Assembly (NCBI GenBank): GCA_964565725.1
Contig: CAZMGA010000003.1
Location: 8,300-40,299, forward strand
From: an uncultured archaeon
Lineage (GTDB): Archaea; Iainarchaeota; Iainarchaeia; Iainarchaeales; 0-14-0-20-30-16
Direction: 5' to 3'
DNA: 32,000 nt
Made by a program: the position numbers and the translations under genes. Positions 1 through 9,192 of this stretch are shown one piece after another; positions within the stretch are counted from its first letter, which is position 1, and each line of letters opens with the position of its first letter. The notes beneath the pieces are model-generated. The model made no database searches and was not told the origin of the DNA. It saw nothing but the letters and a program-made list of their open reading frames with translations.

Positions 1-549
1 CAAGATTTTACAGAAGAAATAAATTGTTATCTAGTTAATGAAGATGTTTTTACTGCAGGATTTGCAGTAGGTGGCGCAAATGTATATATTAAAATATTTG
101 ATATTAATGGAGAATCTGCAACTTATTTATTAAATTATTTGGCTGATACTAATGGTTTAAATATTATTCAAACATTAGATTTTTCATTAAGTGTTGATGA
201 TATGTATGGAATTGTTTATAGTGGTGCAACAGGAGATGAAAACGTTCCATTTTTCAATTACGAAACAGATTCAAATTATATTTCTATTGTAAATGAAAGT
301 AATGTTAGTGTAGATTTAAATTTTTCTCACACTAATTTAGTAGACGATTCTAATGTTGATAATATAATTGATAAAAAATATATCCATGCAGATAATTCAA
401 AAGATATAAATTTTGAATCAGGATCTGTTATTGGGGGTAGTTTAGATAGACAAGAAGGAATGAATTTAAGAACTGTATTGGACATTCCTGAAGGAACTCA
501 TTCTGGTAGTTATTCTGGAACTATGGGTATAGGTATATCTGCAAATTAG
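1..549 (+). CDS. C-terminal part of a secreted/surface protein (5' end outside window); paralogous to the C-terminus of the 877-aa LamG protein at 2550-5183
   Basis: Frame 1 is open from base 1 (QDFTEEINCYLVNEDVFTAGFAVGGANVYIKIFDINGESATYLLNYLADTNGLNII...). The TTG at 139 in the track is internal. FAVGGANVYIKIFDINGESATYLLNYL matches FLKGGADIYFKISDYSGESVTYELNYF of the 877-aa protein. Confidence 0.85.
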   Translation, partial: QDFTEEINCYLVNEDVFTAGFAVGGANVYIKIFDINGESATYLLNYLADTNGLNIIQTLDFSLSVDDMYGIVYSGATGDENVPFFNYETDSNYISIVNESNVSVDLNFSHTNLVDDSNVDNIIDKKYIHADNSKDINFESGSVIGGSLDRQEGMNLRTVLDIPEGTHSGSYSGTMGIGISAN

Positions 550-557
550 GTAATTTT

Positions 558-1163
558 ATGAATAAATATTTTTCATTATTAATAGGATTAATAATTTTAA
601 GTTCATGTGTTTCAGCATTAGCGTGTGTTGGTTTAGGTGGTGGAGGCTATACTGTATTGGCTGCAAAAGAACAACCCTCTTTTATAACCTATACTGTTTT
701 TAACAATGATTCTGAAAATACTTGTGATGCTGGGAAATATTTTTTAGAATTATCTATAGATAATGAAGATATCCAAAAAGTATTTGATTATAAAATTTCT
801 GATGAAGATTTTGTATTAAAAGATGGAGAATCAAAAAGAGTATTAATAACTATAATTCCTAAATTAAAATCAGGAGAATACACAGTTAGAGTTTCAGCAT
901 TAAGAAAAGGATTAATTAATGCAAAAGATGCTACAACTGTTATGCCTAAAACAGTTAGTTCTTTTAAATTAAATATTGTAGAAGATTCAAATTTAGTTTT
1001 TCAAGAATTACCTCAATGGTATTTATATAAAAAAGAACAACAAAAAAATTTAATAATTAAAATTATTTTGTATTCTGTAATAGGAATTATTATATTGGCT
1101 TTAATTATTTATTTAGCTTTACGTTTTAAATCAAAATTTTTTAATGGCTTTAAATATAAGTGA
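558..1163 (+). CDS. Secreted, C-terminally membrane-anchored protein with Ig-like ectodomain, function unknown
   Basis: N-terminal signal peptide MNKYFSLLIGLIILSSCVSA, C-terminal TM (IIKIILYSVIGIIILALIIYLAL) followed by basic residues. Confidence 0.75.
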   Translation: MNKYFSLLIGLIILSSCVSALACVGLGGGGYTVLAAKEQPSFITYTVFNNDSENTCDAGKYFLELSIDNEDIQKVFDYKISDEDFVLKDGESKRVLITIIPKLKSGEYTVRVSALRKGLINAKDATTVMPKTVSSFKLNIVEDSNLVFQELPQWYLYKKEQQKNLIIKIILYSVIGIIILALIIYLALRFKSKFFNGFKYK

Positions 1164-2545
1164 TATTTCTGAATAAAAAAATTTTAGTTTTATTTTGTTT
1201 TTTTTGTTTATTATCTAATTTAGGGTTTTCCGAAAAAACAATTAATGTGGGTTTAATAATTTCTAATGAACCTCCTTCCAAACCAAATATTGTGAACATA
1301 AACGATCTTTATGGCATTAATAATATTACTTTAAGTTGGTCTAGTTATGATTATGAAAACGACGATATTAAATATTTTTTACAAATGGGTTCTTTAAAAG
1401 ATTTAAATGATATTTTAGATATAAATTTAGACTCAAATTATTATAATTTAACTTTAAATATAGGTAAAGAATATTTTTATAAAATAAAAGCTTGCGACAA
1501 TTATTATGGAGATTATAACAATTGTAGTGTTTGGGCTTATGATTCATTTTATTTGTTAAGTATTATTATTAATCCTCCGTCAAGTAGAGGTGGAGGTAAT
1601 AATAAAATTATAACTAATGTATCTATTTTTGGTTGTAAAGATTTAAATGGTTTTGAATGCAATGCTAATGAAGTATGTTATGATAGCACAATAAATACTT
1701 ATGATTCGCAAAATTGTTGCTTTTCAAAATGTATTAATAAAGAATTAATTGGTAAATTATATGATTTAAATTATAATTTTCAAGATTTAAATTTAAATTC
1801 TAATTTGAATATAACTATTCCTATCTATTCCAATGAAAAAATAGATTTTATTAATAAAAGAATATTAACTGATTACGAGATAGAATATAAATTAATGTTA
1901 AAAAGGTATGGTATTTATGGTTTAAAAAATAATTATAAATATAGAAATTATGTATTTGTATCTATTACTAATATTTCTAATTTTAATTTTCAAGATGTAG
2001 ATTTAATAATAAATATACCTGAAGAATATTTATTAAATTCTGAAAATATTTCTAGTAATAATTTGTTTTCTTTTTTAGACAATAAAAATTTAAAATATAT
2101 TTTAGGGGATGTAGATACAAAACAAACAAAAACAGTAAATTATTATTTTGATTCAGACCTAAATGATTCTTTTATTTATGATGTTTTTTTAAAAATGAAA
2201 CCTCCTATAGCATTAACAAAAATGGATAAAGAAGATTTATGTTTAGGTGTTAAATGTAATGATTTAAATCCTTGCACCACTGATTTTTGTATGGAGGGTT
2301 TATGTTATTTTAGTAATTTGCCTTCTAATTATGAATGTGAAAATGGTTTTTGTAGTGAAGGTAAATGTATTCCTCAAATAGAAGAATCTAAACAATCAAG
2401 TCCAAAGTATTTAAAATACATTTTATGGGGTTTATTATTTATATTTATATTTGTAATTATTATACTATTATTTTTTAGATTATTTAAAAGAAAAAAGGAA
2501 GAACATAAATGGTATTTATTAAATAATATTAGAATTTTTAAGTGA
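1160..2545 (+). CDS. Membrane-anchored surface protein with FN3-like N-terminus, Gly linker and Cys-rich juxtamembrane motif
   Basis: Signal peptide, FN3-like segment (PPSKPNIVNINDLYGINNITLSWSSYDYENDDIKYFLQ...), CNDLNPCTTDFCMEGLCYF..CENGFCSEGKC, C-terminal TM (YLKYILWGLLFIFIFVIIILLFF). True start may be 1169 (see findings). Confidence 0.7.
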   Translation: MIFLNKKILVLFCFFCLLSNLGFSEKTINVGLIISNEPPSKPNIVNINDLYGINNITLSWSSYDYENDDIKYFLQMGSLKDLNDILDINLDSNYYNLTLNIGKEYFYKIKACDNYYGDYNNCSVWAYDSFYLLSIIINPPSSRGGGNNKIITNVSIFGCKDLNGFECNANEVCYDSTINTYDSQNCCFSKCINKELIGKLYDLNYNFQDLNLNSNLNITIPIYSNEKIDFINKRILTDYEIEYKLMLKRYGIYGLKNNYKYRNYVFVSITNISNFNFQDVDLIINIPEEYLLNSENISSNNLFSFLDNKNLKYILGDVDTKQTKTVNYYFDSDLNDSFIYDVFLKMKPPIALTKMDKEDLCLGVKCNDLNPCTTDFCMEGLCYFSNLPSNYECENGFCSEGKCIPQIEESKQSSPKYLKYILWGLLFIFIFVIIILLFFRLFKRKKEEHKWYLLNNIRIFK

Positions 2546-2549
2546 TATT

Positions 2550-5183
2550 ATGAAGTATATTTGTCTATTATTTTTATTTTTATTTTTATTTTTATTTTTG
2601 GGTTTTGTTTATTCTGGAACAATTGTAAATACTACAAAAGAGGATTTTGATTTAGGTGAATATGACAATACAATTTCTACTTCTGATGGTAATGTTTTAT
2701 TAGATTCGTCAAGTAATGTTTATTATAATACTGGAGAATATTTATCACAAATCTTTAATTTAAACGAATCATCTAATTTAGTAAATTTAATTTTTTCTAC
2801 TCCTGTTTTTTATAAACAAGATTTACCTAATGATGGAGATGTAGTAAAAGACATAAACATGAATGGAAATGTTTTTTTAATGCATGTTGATGATGACGCA
2901 TTAATAAAAAATGAATCTGAATTATATGGTTTAGGCCTACGTGGTGATATAACATCAACAACAGGTAAATTTGGCGATGCTTTAATTTTTGATGGTAGCA
3001 ATGATATCGCTTTTACTGATTACCTTATTCCTACAAATGAATATACTTTTTCATTATGGGTAAAAACAACAACAAATAATAGAACAATATTTTCTTTTGC
3101 AAATGACACCCCTACTGGTAGTACATATGATAGAAGGTTAGGAATTGACGGTTCTAATAAGCTAGTATATTATATTTATCCAAATTCATCAGTATCTTTA
3201 ATAGGTGCTGCTACAACAATTACTAATAATAATTGGCATCATATTGTAATTATATCTAAATTAAATAGTTCCACATCAAAATATGATCTTAATGTTTATT
3301 TGGATGGTGTTTTAGATTCTAATAAAACAGAGGTAAATTTTGGTGGTTATAATTCTTATACAAATCCTAGACTAAATATAGGTTATCAAGCAACTTATTT
3401 TTTAGGAGCTATAGATGATTTTGCATATTATAATAGAGCATTAACTATTGATGAAATTTCTTATTTATATAATTCAGGAACAGGAAACGAATTTTTAACT
3501 GATAATAGTTTAGTTGTTGGTTGGCATTTTAATGAAACTATTAACTCTATGACTTTACAAGATACATCTCCTACTCCAAAAACTTTTGTGTATCCTAGTG
3601 CTGCAAATAATTATACAGGAATATCTTATGAAGTTATAAATAATAGTTTATTTTCTCAAAATGTCACCAATTCTACTGATTATTTTATTAAAACATCACA
3701 ATTTTATCCTCCTGCCGGAGCTATGAGTATAAGCTTTTGGTTTAAAAGCATTTTAGATAGGAAAAGTTTTTTAGGTTGGGTAGGGGGTTCTCCAAATAAT
3801 AGTGTTTTTATTGAAGGTGGCTACATAAAATGGTATTATTCCAATGCATCTACTTATTTTGCTACAACTAAAACAGTTAATGATGGGAAATGGCATCATG
3901 TAGTATTTACTAGAAATAGCAGTAATTCTAGAAAAGTTTATTTAGATGGTGTTTTAAATAACAGTTCTACAACTTCTTTTACTATTAATAATGATTTTAC
4001 TACTGCGGTAATATTATATTTATTTCATAGTGCGGTATATTATGGAGGGTCTGGTTCTTTAGATGAATTGGCTATTTGGGATAGAGAAATTAGTAGTGAC
4101 GAAGCATTAAATATATATAAAAGAGGAATTAGTGATTTAAAAGTTCAAATTAGAGCTTGTGATGATTCTAGTTGTTCTTCTGATGAAGATTTTGAAGGTT
4201 CATCCGGTGAAAATTCTTATTTTAATTTGAGTGATAATAATTATGATTTATCTAGTTTTACGAATTTACAATATTTACAATATAAAGTATTTTTTGAAAC
4301 TTTAGATTTGGATGCATTAAAAAATATTTCTCCTCAATTTTTAGATGTAAATATTAATTATGTAAGTAATGTACCTCAAAATGAAAAACCAGAAATATTA
4401 GATATGAATATATGTAAAGAAAATTGTAAAAAAACGCAAATGATAGTTCCTGGAATTGATTCTTTTGTTTTGCAAATTGAGATTAATGATCCTAATGGTA
4501 ATTCAGATATAAATTGGGAATCTGCGACATTACAAATTTATACTGCTAGTGATAATAATGAAGATTCAGATGATTGGGATCATATTACTTTGAACGAATT
4601 TACATCTTCAGAAACAGAGGGCTGTGAAATAATTTCTGATATTAATTGTATTTTAATAAATGCTAATGATTTGTCTACAAAGTTTTTGAAAGGTGGTGCA
4701 GATATTTATTTTAAAATTTCAGATTATTCTGGAGAATCTGTAACTTATGAATTAAATTATTTTAAAGATGAAAACAATTTGGATATAAATGGTTTAAATA
4801 TACAAAATACAACTAGTATAAGCATAGATGTTAGTCAAGGTTATTTTTCAGGAGACCCTGGTGAAGAAAATATTCCTATAATTACAGATAAAGAAACAAA
4901 TTATATAGTAGTAGTTAACAATAGTAATAGTGATGTTAATTTATTTTTTTTAATTAATGATTTTATAGGTATAAGCGATTTTCCAATAACTGGTTTTGAA
5001 TGGAATAATTCAAATTTAGCTGTAGGCAATAATTTTGAAAATGAAAGAAACATATTAATTGAAAATTGGAATAGGGGTGCATATCCTGATTCTAATTCTC
5101 AAAATATTTATTTATGGTTAGATATGCCTCCAGTTTCTTCTGGGGAATACACTGGTAGTTTTTCTTTTGAAATTGAAAATTAG
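2550..5183 (+). CDS. Secreted protein with two LamG/concanavalin-like domains and a C-terminal domain shared with ORF 1-549
   Basis: Signal peptide; LamG-like hallmarks twice: LIFDGSNDIAF...TFSLWVKT...NNWHHIVI...VYLDGVLDS...GAIDDFAYYNRALTIDEISYLYNSG and ..ISFWFKS..DGKWHHVVFTRN..KVYLDGVLNN..GSLDELAIWDREISSDEALNIYKRG. Confidence 0.85.
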   Translation: MKYICLLFLFLFLFLFLGFVYSGTIVNTTKEDFDLGEYDNTISTSDGNVLLDSSSNVYYNTGEYLSQIFNLNESSNLVNLIFSTPVFYKQDLPNDGDVVKDINMNGNVFLMHVDDDALIKNESELYGLGLRGDITSTTGKFGDALIFDGSNDIAFTDYLIPTNEYTFSLWVKTTTNNRTIFSFANDTPTGSTYDRRLGIDGSNKLVYYIYPNSSVSLIGAATTITNNNWHHIVIISKLNSSTSKYDLNVYLDGVLDSNKTEVNFGGYNSYTNPRLNIGYQATYFLGAIDDFAYYNRALTIDEISYLYNSGTGNEFLTDNSLVVGWHFNETINSMTLQDTSPTPKTFVYPSAANNYTGISYEVINNSLFSQNVTNSTDYFIKTSQFYPPAGAMSISFWFKSILDRKSFLGWVGGSPNNSVFIEGGYIKWYYSNASTYFATTKTVNDGKWHHVVFTRNSSNSRKVYLDGVLNNSSTTSFTINNDFTTAVILYLFHSAVYYGGSGSLDELAIWDREISSDEALNIYKRGISDLKVQIRACDDSSCSSDEDFEGSSGENSYFNLSDNNYDLSSFTNLQYLQYKVFFETLDLDALKNISPQFLDVNINYVSNVPQNEKPEILDMNICKENCKKTQMIVPGIDSFVLQIEINDPNGNSDINWESATLQIYTASDNNEDSDDWDHITLNEFTSSETEGCEIISDINCILINANDLSTKFLKGGADIYFKISDYSGESVTYELNYFKDENNLDINGLNIQNTTSISIDVSQGYFSGDPGEENIPIITDKETNYIVVVNNSNSDVNLFFLINDFIGISDFPITGFEWNNSNLAVGNNFENERNILIENWNRGAYPDSNSQNIYLWLDMPPVSSGEYTGSFSFEIEN
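2568..2597 (+). repeat. (TTATTT)x5 hexanucleotide microsatellite encoding (Leu-Phe)5 in a signal peptide
   Basis: tta ttt tta ttt tta ttt tta ttt tta ttt read in frame in MKYICL(LF)5LGFVYS. Confidence 0.85.
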
Positions 5184-5191
5184 TTTATAAA
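5184..5191 (+). promoter_or_regulatory. TATA box of herA, leaderless architecture
   Basis: TTTATAAA, first base 28 nt before ATG 5212; no SD motif between. Confidence 0.6.
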
Positions 5192-5211
5192 TTCTTTTAC
5201 TTTATTTTAAT

Positions 5212-6711
5212 ATGAATTATATAGGAACTGTTTTAACATATCAAAATACCCCTTCTATTGAAAAAATATATTTTAAATTAGAAAAAGAAGAAGTGAGAGT
5301 GGGTCAATTTATAACAATTAAACATAAAGATTTGAAAATATTTGGAACTATTGTAGAAATATTTAGAGAAAATCCTTTTTTTGAACAAGTTACTTCTAAT
5401 TACGATGATTTATTATCTAAATTTCCTACAGATCAATGGCACAACACAATTATAGAAGTTAAATTGTTAGGTCAAATTTTAAATAATAAATGTGATAGAA
5501 TACATAACCCTCCATTTTCGGGTTCAAAAGTTTATTTTGCAAAAGCAGAAGAAATAAAATTGTTCTTGGGATTAAATAATGATGGGCTTTATTTAGGTAA
5601 TATTGAAGGGCAAGAAAATATAGATATTAAAATAAATATGTCTAAATTAATTCAAAAACATTTGGCAATATTGGCTATGTCTGGGGCTGGTAAATCTTAT
5701 ACTGTTTCAGTATTGTTAGAGGAATTATTAGATATTCCTAAAAATAAAGGTCCTGTGGGTATTATTTTATTTGATATTCATGGAGAATATAAAAGTTTTG
5801 CAGAAGTTTCTGATAAAGATCATAAAAGTTATCATAACCTTACAAAGTATTTTGATGCCGCAAATATGAAATTTGGGGTGCATTCTTTAGATTCTTTGTT
5901 GTTTAAATTTATTGGTAATTTAAGTGAAGTACAACAAAGAGAATTAAATTTAGTAATTAAAGAGTTTAAAAGTGGAGACGATTTTAAAGTATTTGATTTT
6001 AAAGATTTGATAAAATTTATAGATGAAAAAGAAATTAAAAAAAATGTAAAAGATCCTTTATTGGACACACTTTGTCAAATTGAAGAAACAAAGTTATTTG
6101 CAAAAACAAGTACATTTAATATTTTAAATTTAGTAGAACCAGGAAAACTTACAATAGTTGATTTATCAAATGTTTTAAATATGAGTCATAAGCAAATGAT
6201 TGTAGCTTATATTTCTAACAAATTATTTGATTTGAGAAGATTAAATAAAATAAGTCCTTTTTTAATTGTTTTAGAAGAGGCACATAATTTTATTCCTCAA
6301 ACAGGTTCTAGTGAATATATGAAAGCTAGGCCTATATTTGAAACAATAGCTAGAGAAGGTAGAAAATTTGGAGCTTCACTATGTTTGGTATCTCAAAGAC
6401 CTGTTAATTTATATACTTCTGTTTTAAGTCAATGTAATACTCATTTGTTATTAAGAATAATTAATCCTAATGATTTAAAACACATTTTAGAATCTTCAGA
6501 AGGTTTAGATAATAATAATATAAAATTAATTACAGGTTTGAATGTAGGAGAGGCATTAATGGTGGGTTCTGCTGTAAAATACCCTGTTTTTTTTAAAGTG
6601 AGGCCTAAAAAATCAGCAGATAATAAATATGAAAAAGATTTAGAAACTATGTCTTTAGAATTTATTGAAAAACAAGAAAATAATGACAAAGATTTAGATT
6701 TGTACATGTGA
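5212..6711 (+). CDS. herA: HerA-family DNA translocase/helicase ATPase
   Basis: Walker A LAILAMSGAGKSYTVSVLLEELL, Walker B-like PFLIVLEEAHNFIP, EGRKFGASLCLVSQRPVNLYTSVLSQCNTHLLLRI. Confidence 0.88.
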   Translation: MNYIGTVLTYQNTPSIEKIYFKLEKEEVRVGQFITIKHKDLKIFGTIVEIFRENPFFEQVTSNYDDLLSKFPTDQWHNTIIEVKLLGQILNNKCDRIHNPPFSGSKVYFAKAEEIKLFLGLNNDGLYLGNIEGQENIDIKINMSKLIQKHLAILAMSGAGKSYTVSVLLEELLDIPKNKGPVGIILFDIHGEYKSFAEVSDKDHKSYHNLTKYFDAANMKFGVHSLDSLLFKFIGNLSEVQQRELNLVIKEFKSGDDFKVFDFKDLIKFIDEKEIKKNVKDPLLDTLCQIEETKLFAKTSTFNILNLVEPGKLTIVDLSNVLNMSHKQMIVAYISNKLFDLRRLNKISPFLIVLEEAHNFIPQTGSSEYMKARPIFETIAREGRKFGASLCLVSQRPVNLYTSVLSQCNTHLLLRIINPNDLKHILESSEGLDNNNIKLITGLNVGEALMVGSAVKYPVFFKVRPKKSADNKYEKDLETMSLEFIEKQENNDKDLDLYM

Positions 6712-6715
6712 TGTT

Positions 6716-7240
6716 ATGAAAATATTAATTACAGGAATTCCAGGTGTTGGAAAGACAACAATTGCTAAAAATTTATCTAAACATTTGAAATTAAAATATT
6801 TTTGTGATAAACAATTTATAAATAAAAACAATTCTATTAAAAGTAAAGAATATGGTTTAGAAATAAAAACAGTTGATTTAGAAAATTTTTGTAAAGATTT
6901 TAATAAGTTTAAAAAAGGTAAAGATTTTATTATAGAAGGGTTATTATTGCCTTATTGTTTATCGGGGTTAAAAATTAATTTTGACTATATTTTTATTTTA
7001 AATTTAAATAATAAGGAGTTAATTAAGAGATTAAAAAAAAGAAAATACCCTTTATTAAAAATTGAAGACAATCTATTTATTCAAGATAATGATTTAATAT
7101 TAAAAGAAATTGCAAATCAAATAAAAGCATTAAATCCTAAGCAAAAGCCTATAATTATAAATATAGATTTAAAAGGTAATCTAAAAGAAGATAAAATTCC
7201 TATTTATTGGTTTTTTGACGCTCTAAATCCTAAAAAATAG
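6716..7240 (+). CDS. Adenylate kinase-like P-loop NTPase (archaeal AK6/Fap7-like)
   Basis: MKILITGIPGVGKTTIAKNLSKHLKLKYF P-loop; size and layout fit archaeal AK6/Fap7-like proteins. Confidence 0.7.
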   Translation: MKILITGIPGVGKTTIAKNLSKHLKLKYFCDKQFINKNNSIKSKEYGLEIKTVDLENFCKDFNKFKKGKDFIIEGLLLPYCLSGLKINFDYIFILNLNNKELIKRLKKRKYPLLKIEDNLFIQDNDLILKEIANQIKALNPKQKPIIINIDLKGNLKEDKIPIYWFFDALNPKK

Positions 7241-7302
7241 CAAAGAATATATATATTTAATTATGATATTTATTATAATAGAAATGCTTTAGAGTGATAT
7301 TT

Positions 7303-8472
7303 GTGCGTAGATTTATATTTTTATTATTATCTTTATTTGTTTTTTCAGGTATTTCCGCATTAGAATTCCCTGGTTTGATTTACAATTTTGATGAATTAGG
7401 CGTACCTTTAGAATTTAATCAGGGTCTTTGTTATAACTTTGTAGATTTAAATTATGATGCTATAAATGATTATGAGGGTATTTTAGGTTTAATTTTACAT
7501 TTTAAAACAATATCAAAAGATAGTGCTATTTATTTTAAAGATGGAAATGAAATAATAACTTACAACAATATTTTTGGGTCTAATATTAGTACAAAATATT
7601 TTGTAGAGGATTCTCAAGAAAAATATTTATATGTAGATTTGGAATCAGTTAGGGATTTAGAATATTTGACAATGTGTAGTGTATCTCAAAATAAAATTTA
7701 CTTTTTAGGAGATTCACAAATAGGTAGTTATAAAATACCTTATTTTGGATCTAACTTTAAAAAAGAATTTGTGAATAAATCTTATAAATTAAATGAAAAA
7801 ACACCTGTTAAAATTACTCTGAAAAATACAGGTTATGATACTGCCAAAGTTTTTGTTTTTTATGATAATGAATTATTTAAGGATTGGTTTAAATTAAAAA
7901 ATGGAACTCCTTCTTTAAATGAAAATATTTTGCCAAATGTAGAGAGATCTATAACATATAATGTAGTACCATTAACTGATAAAATGTTTACTGTATCTCC
8001 TGCTGTTTTACATTATAATTATAATGGTTATAATTTTGAAATTTATTCTAATTCATTAATTTCAAATGCTCGTTTATATTTAGATGAAATATTTGTAGAT
8101 TTATCAGTAAGCAAAGAAAGTTTTGATATTAATGAAGCAGGTTTAATAGATTTAGATATTATTAATGATAGTAATAATTCTAAAATGGTAAGAATGGAAA
8201 TTAAAGGATTATCTAATTTTGGGTTAAATGAATATCAAGATTTAAATTTAGGTCCTTTCGAAGAAAAGAGAATTCAATATACTATTACTAGTAATGAAAG
8301 CAAAATTGTTAATTTAGATGTTTATTTACATGCTAATGATTCAAATAAAGAATATGCTTATAAAACAATTTATTTTGGAAAAAATATTCAAAACTATAAT
8401 ATAATTTATGTTATTTTTGCAATAGTATTAATTTTAGGAATTATAGTTTATTATAGATATGGATTAAAATAA
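7303..8472 (+). CDS. Secreted, C-terminally anchored Ig-like surface protein, function unknown
   Basis: Signal peptide RRFIFLLLSLFVFSGISA, C-terminal TM (NIIYVIFAIVLILGIIVYYRYGLK). Track start 7294 is the SD motif itself; GTG at 7303 preferred. Confidence 0.7.
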   Translation: MRRFIFLLLSLFVFSGISALEFPGLIYNFDELGVPLEFNQGLCYNFVDLNYDAINDYEGILGLILHFKTISKDSAIYFKDGNEIITYNNIFGSNISTKYFVEDSQEKYLYVDLESVRDLEYLTMCSVSQNKIYFLGDSQIGSYKIPYFGSNFKKEFVNKSYKLNEKTPVKITLKNTGYDTAKVFVFYDNELFKDWFKLKNGTPSLNENILPNVERSITYNVVPLTDKMFTVSPAVLHYNYNGYNFEIYSNSLISNARLYLDEIFVDLSVSKESFDINEAGLIDLDIINDSNNSKMVRMEIKGLSNFGLNEYQDLNLGPFEEKRIQYTITSNESKIVNLDVYLHANDSNKEYAYKTIYFGKNIQNYNIIYVIFAIVLILGIIVYYRYGLK

Positions 8473-8476
8473 AAAA

Positions 8477-9145
8477 TTAAATTTTTTCACAAATTATTGC
8501 CTGTAATTTTTCATAATATTTACAATTTTTAAATCCAACTTGTTTTAATCGTTTTATAATTTCTAAATCAAATCTTCTATTTTTATTTTTGCCAATTGTG
8601 CCTATATAATGAAATAATTTGCCATTATTATTTAAAGTTCTATAAAATTCTTTATATAAATTTAAAGAATATAATTCTCCAGCTATACTAAATGTTGGGG
8701 GATCATGCATTATTATATTTATTTCTTTATCTTTAAATTTTAATATTTGATTTAAACAACTATCTTTTATTATATTAATTTTTTTATTATTAAAAAAATC
8801 ATTACTATAAGGATTTAATTTACCCAATTCTAATATTTCCTTTCTTAATTCTGTAGAAATTACTTTTTTTGCAAATTTGGCTTCCTCTATTGCCAAATAT
8901 CCTAAACCTGAACAAGTGTCATAAACTAAGTCTTGACTATTTATTTTAATTGTATTTAAAACTAATTTAGCATAATCTAAAGGAGTATCAAAGTCTTTTA
9001 TTAAGTGCATTCTTATACCATTTATTTCTAATATGGGTATTCCATTGTAAGGTTTTAATGTATAATAATTATCTGTAAACATTCCTAGTTTTTCTAATTT
9101 GTCTTTTTTTTTAATATAATATTTATTATCTTTTTCAATAAGCAT
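8477..9145 (-). CDS. Predicted archaeal SAM-dependent methyltransferase (COG2521-like)
   Basis: DLVYDTCSGLGYLAIEEAKFAKKVISTEL; NIIMHDPPTFSIAGELYSLNLYKEFYRTLNNNGKLFHYIG. Confidence 0.75.
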   Translation of the reverse strand: MLIEKDNKYYIKKKDKLEKLGMFTDNYYTLKPYNGIPILEINGIRMHLIKDFDTPLDYAKLVLNTIKINSQDLVYDTCSGLGYLAIEEAKFAKKVISTELRKEILELGKLNPYSNDFFNNKKINIIKDSCLNQILKFKDKEINIIMHDPPTFSIAGELYSLNLYKEFYRTLNNNGKLFHYIGTIGKNKNRRFDLEIIKRLKQVGFKNCKYYEKLQAIICEKI

Positions 9146-9192
9146 AAATATAAATAGAACTATTGTTTATTTAATATTATTTGAGTGAGATT

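Noticed and set aside
2810-3001. 63-aa minus-strand ORF, and similar small antisense ORFs at 5832-6068, 6441-6707, 10537-10728, 14181-14405, 14467-14715, 17241-17423, 18567-18872, 19834-20145, 20449-20637
   Set aside because: All are antisense to, or largely overlap, genes with recognisable protein motifs or strong coding features.
6716-7240. Calling the 174-aa kinase a defence or toxin-related NTPase because it neighbours HerA
   Set aside because: HerA-family ATPases occur in some defence systems, but here the sequence best fits a housekeeping AK6-like adenylate kinase and there is no nuclease or SIR2-like partner next to it.
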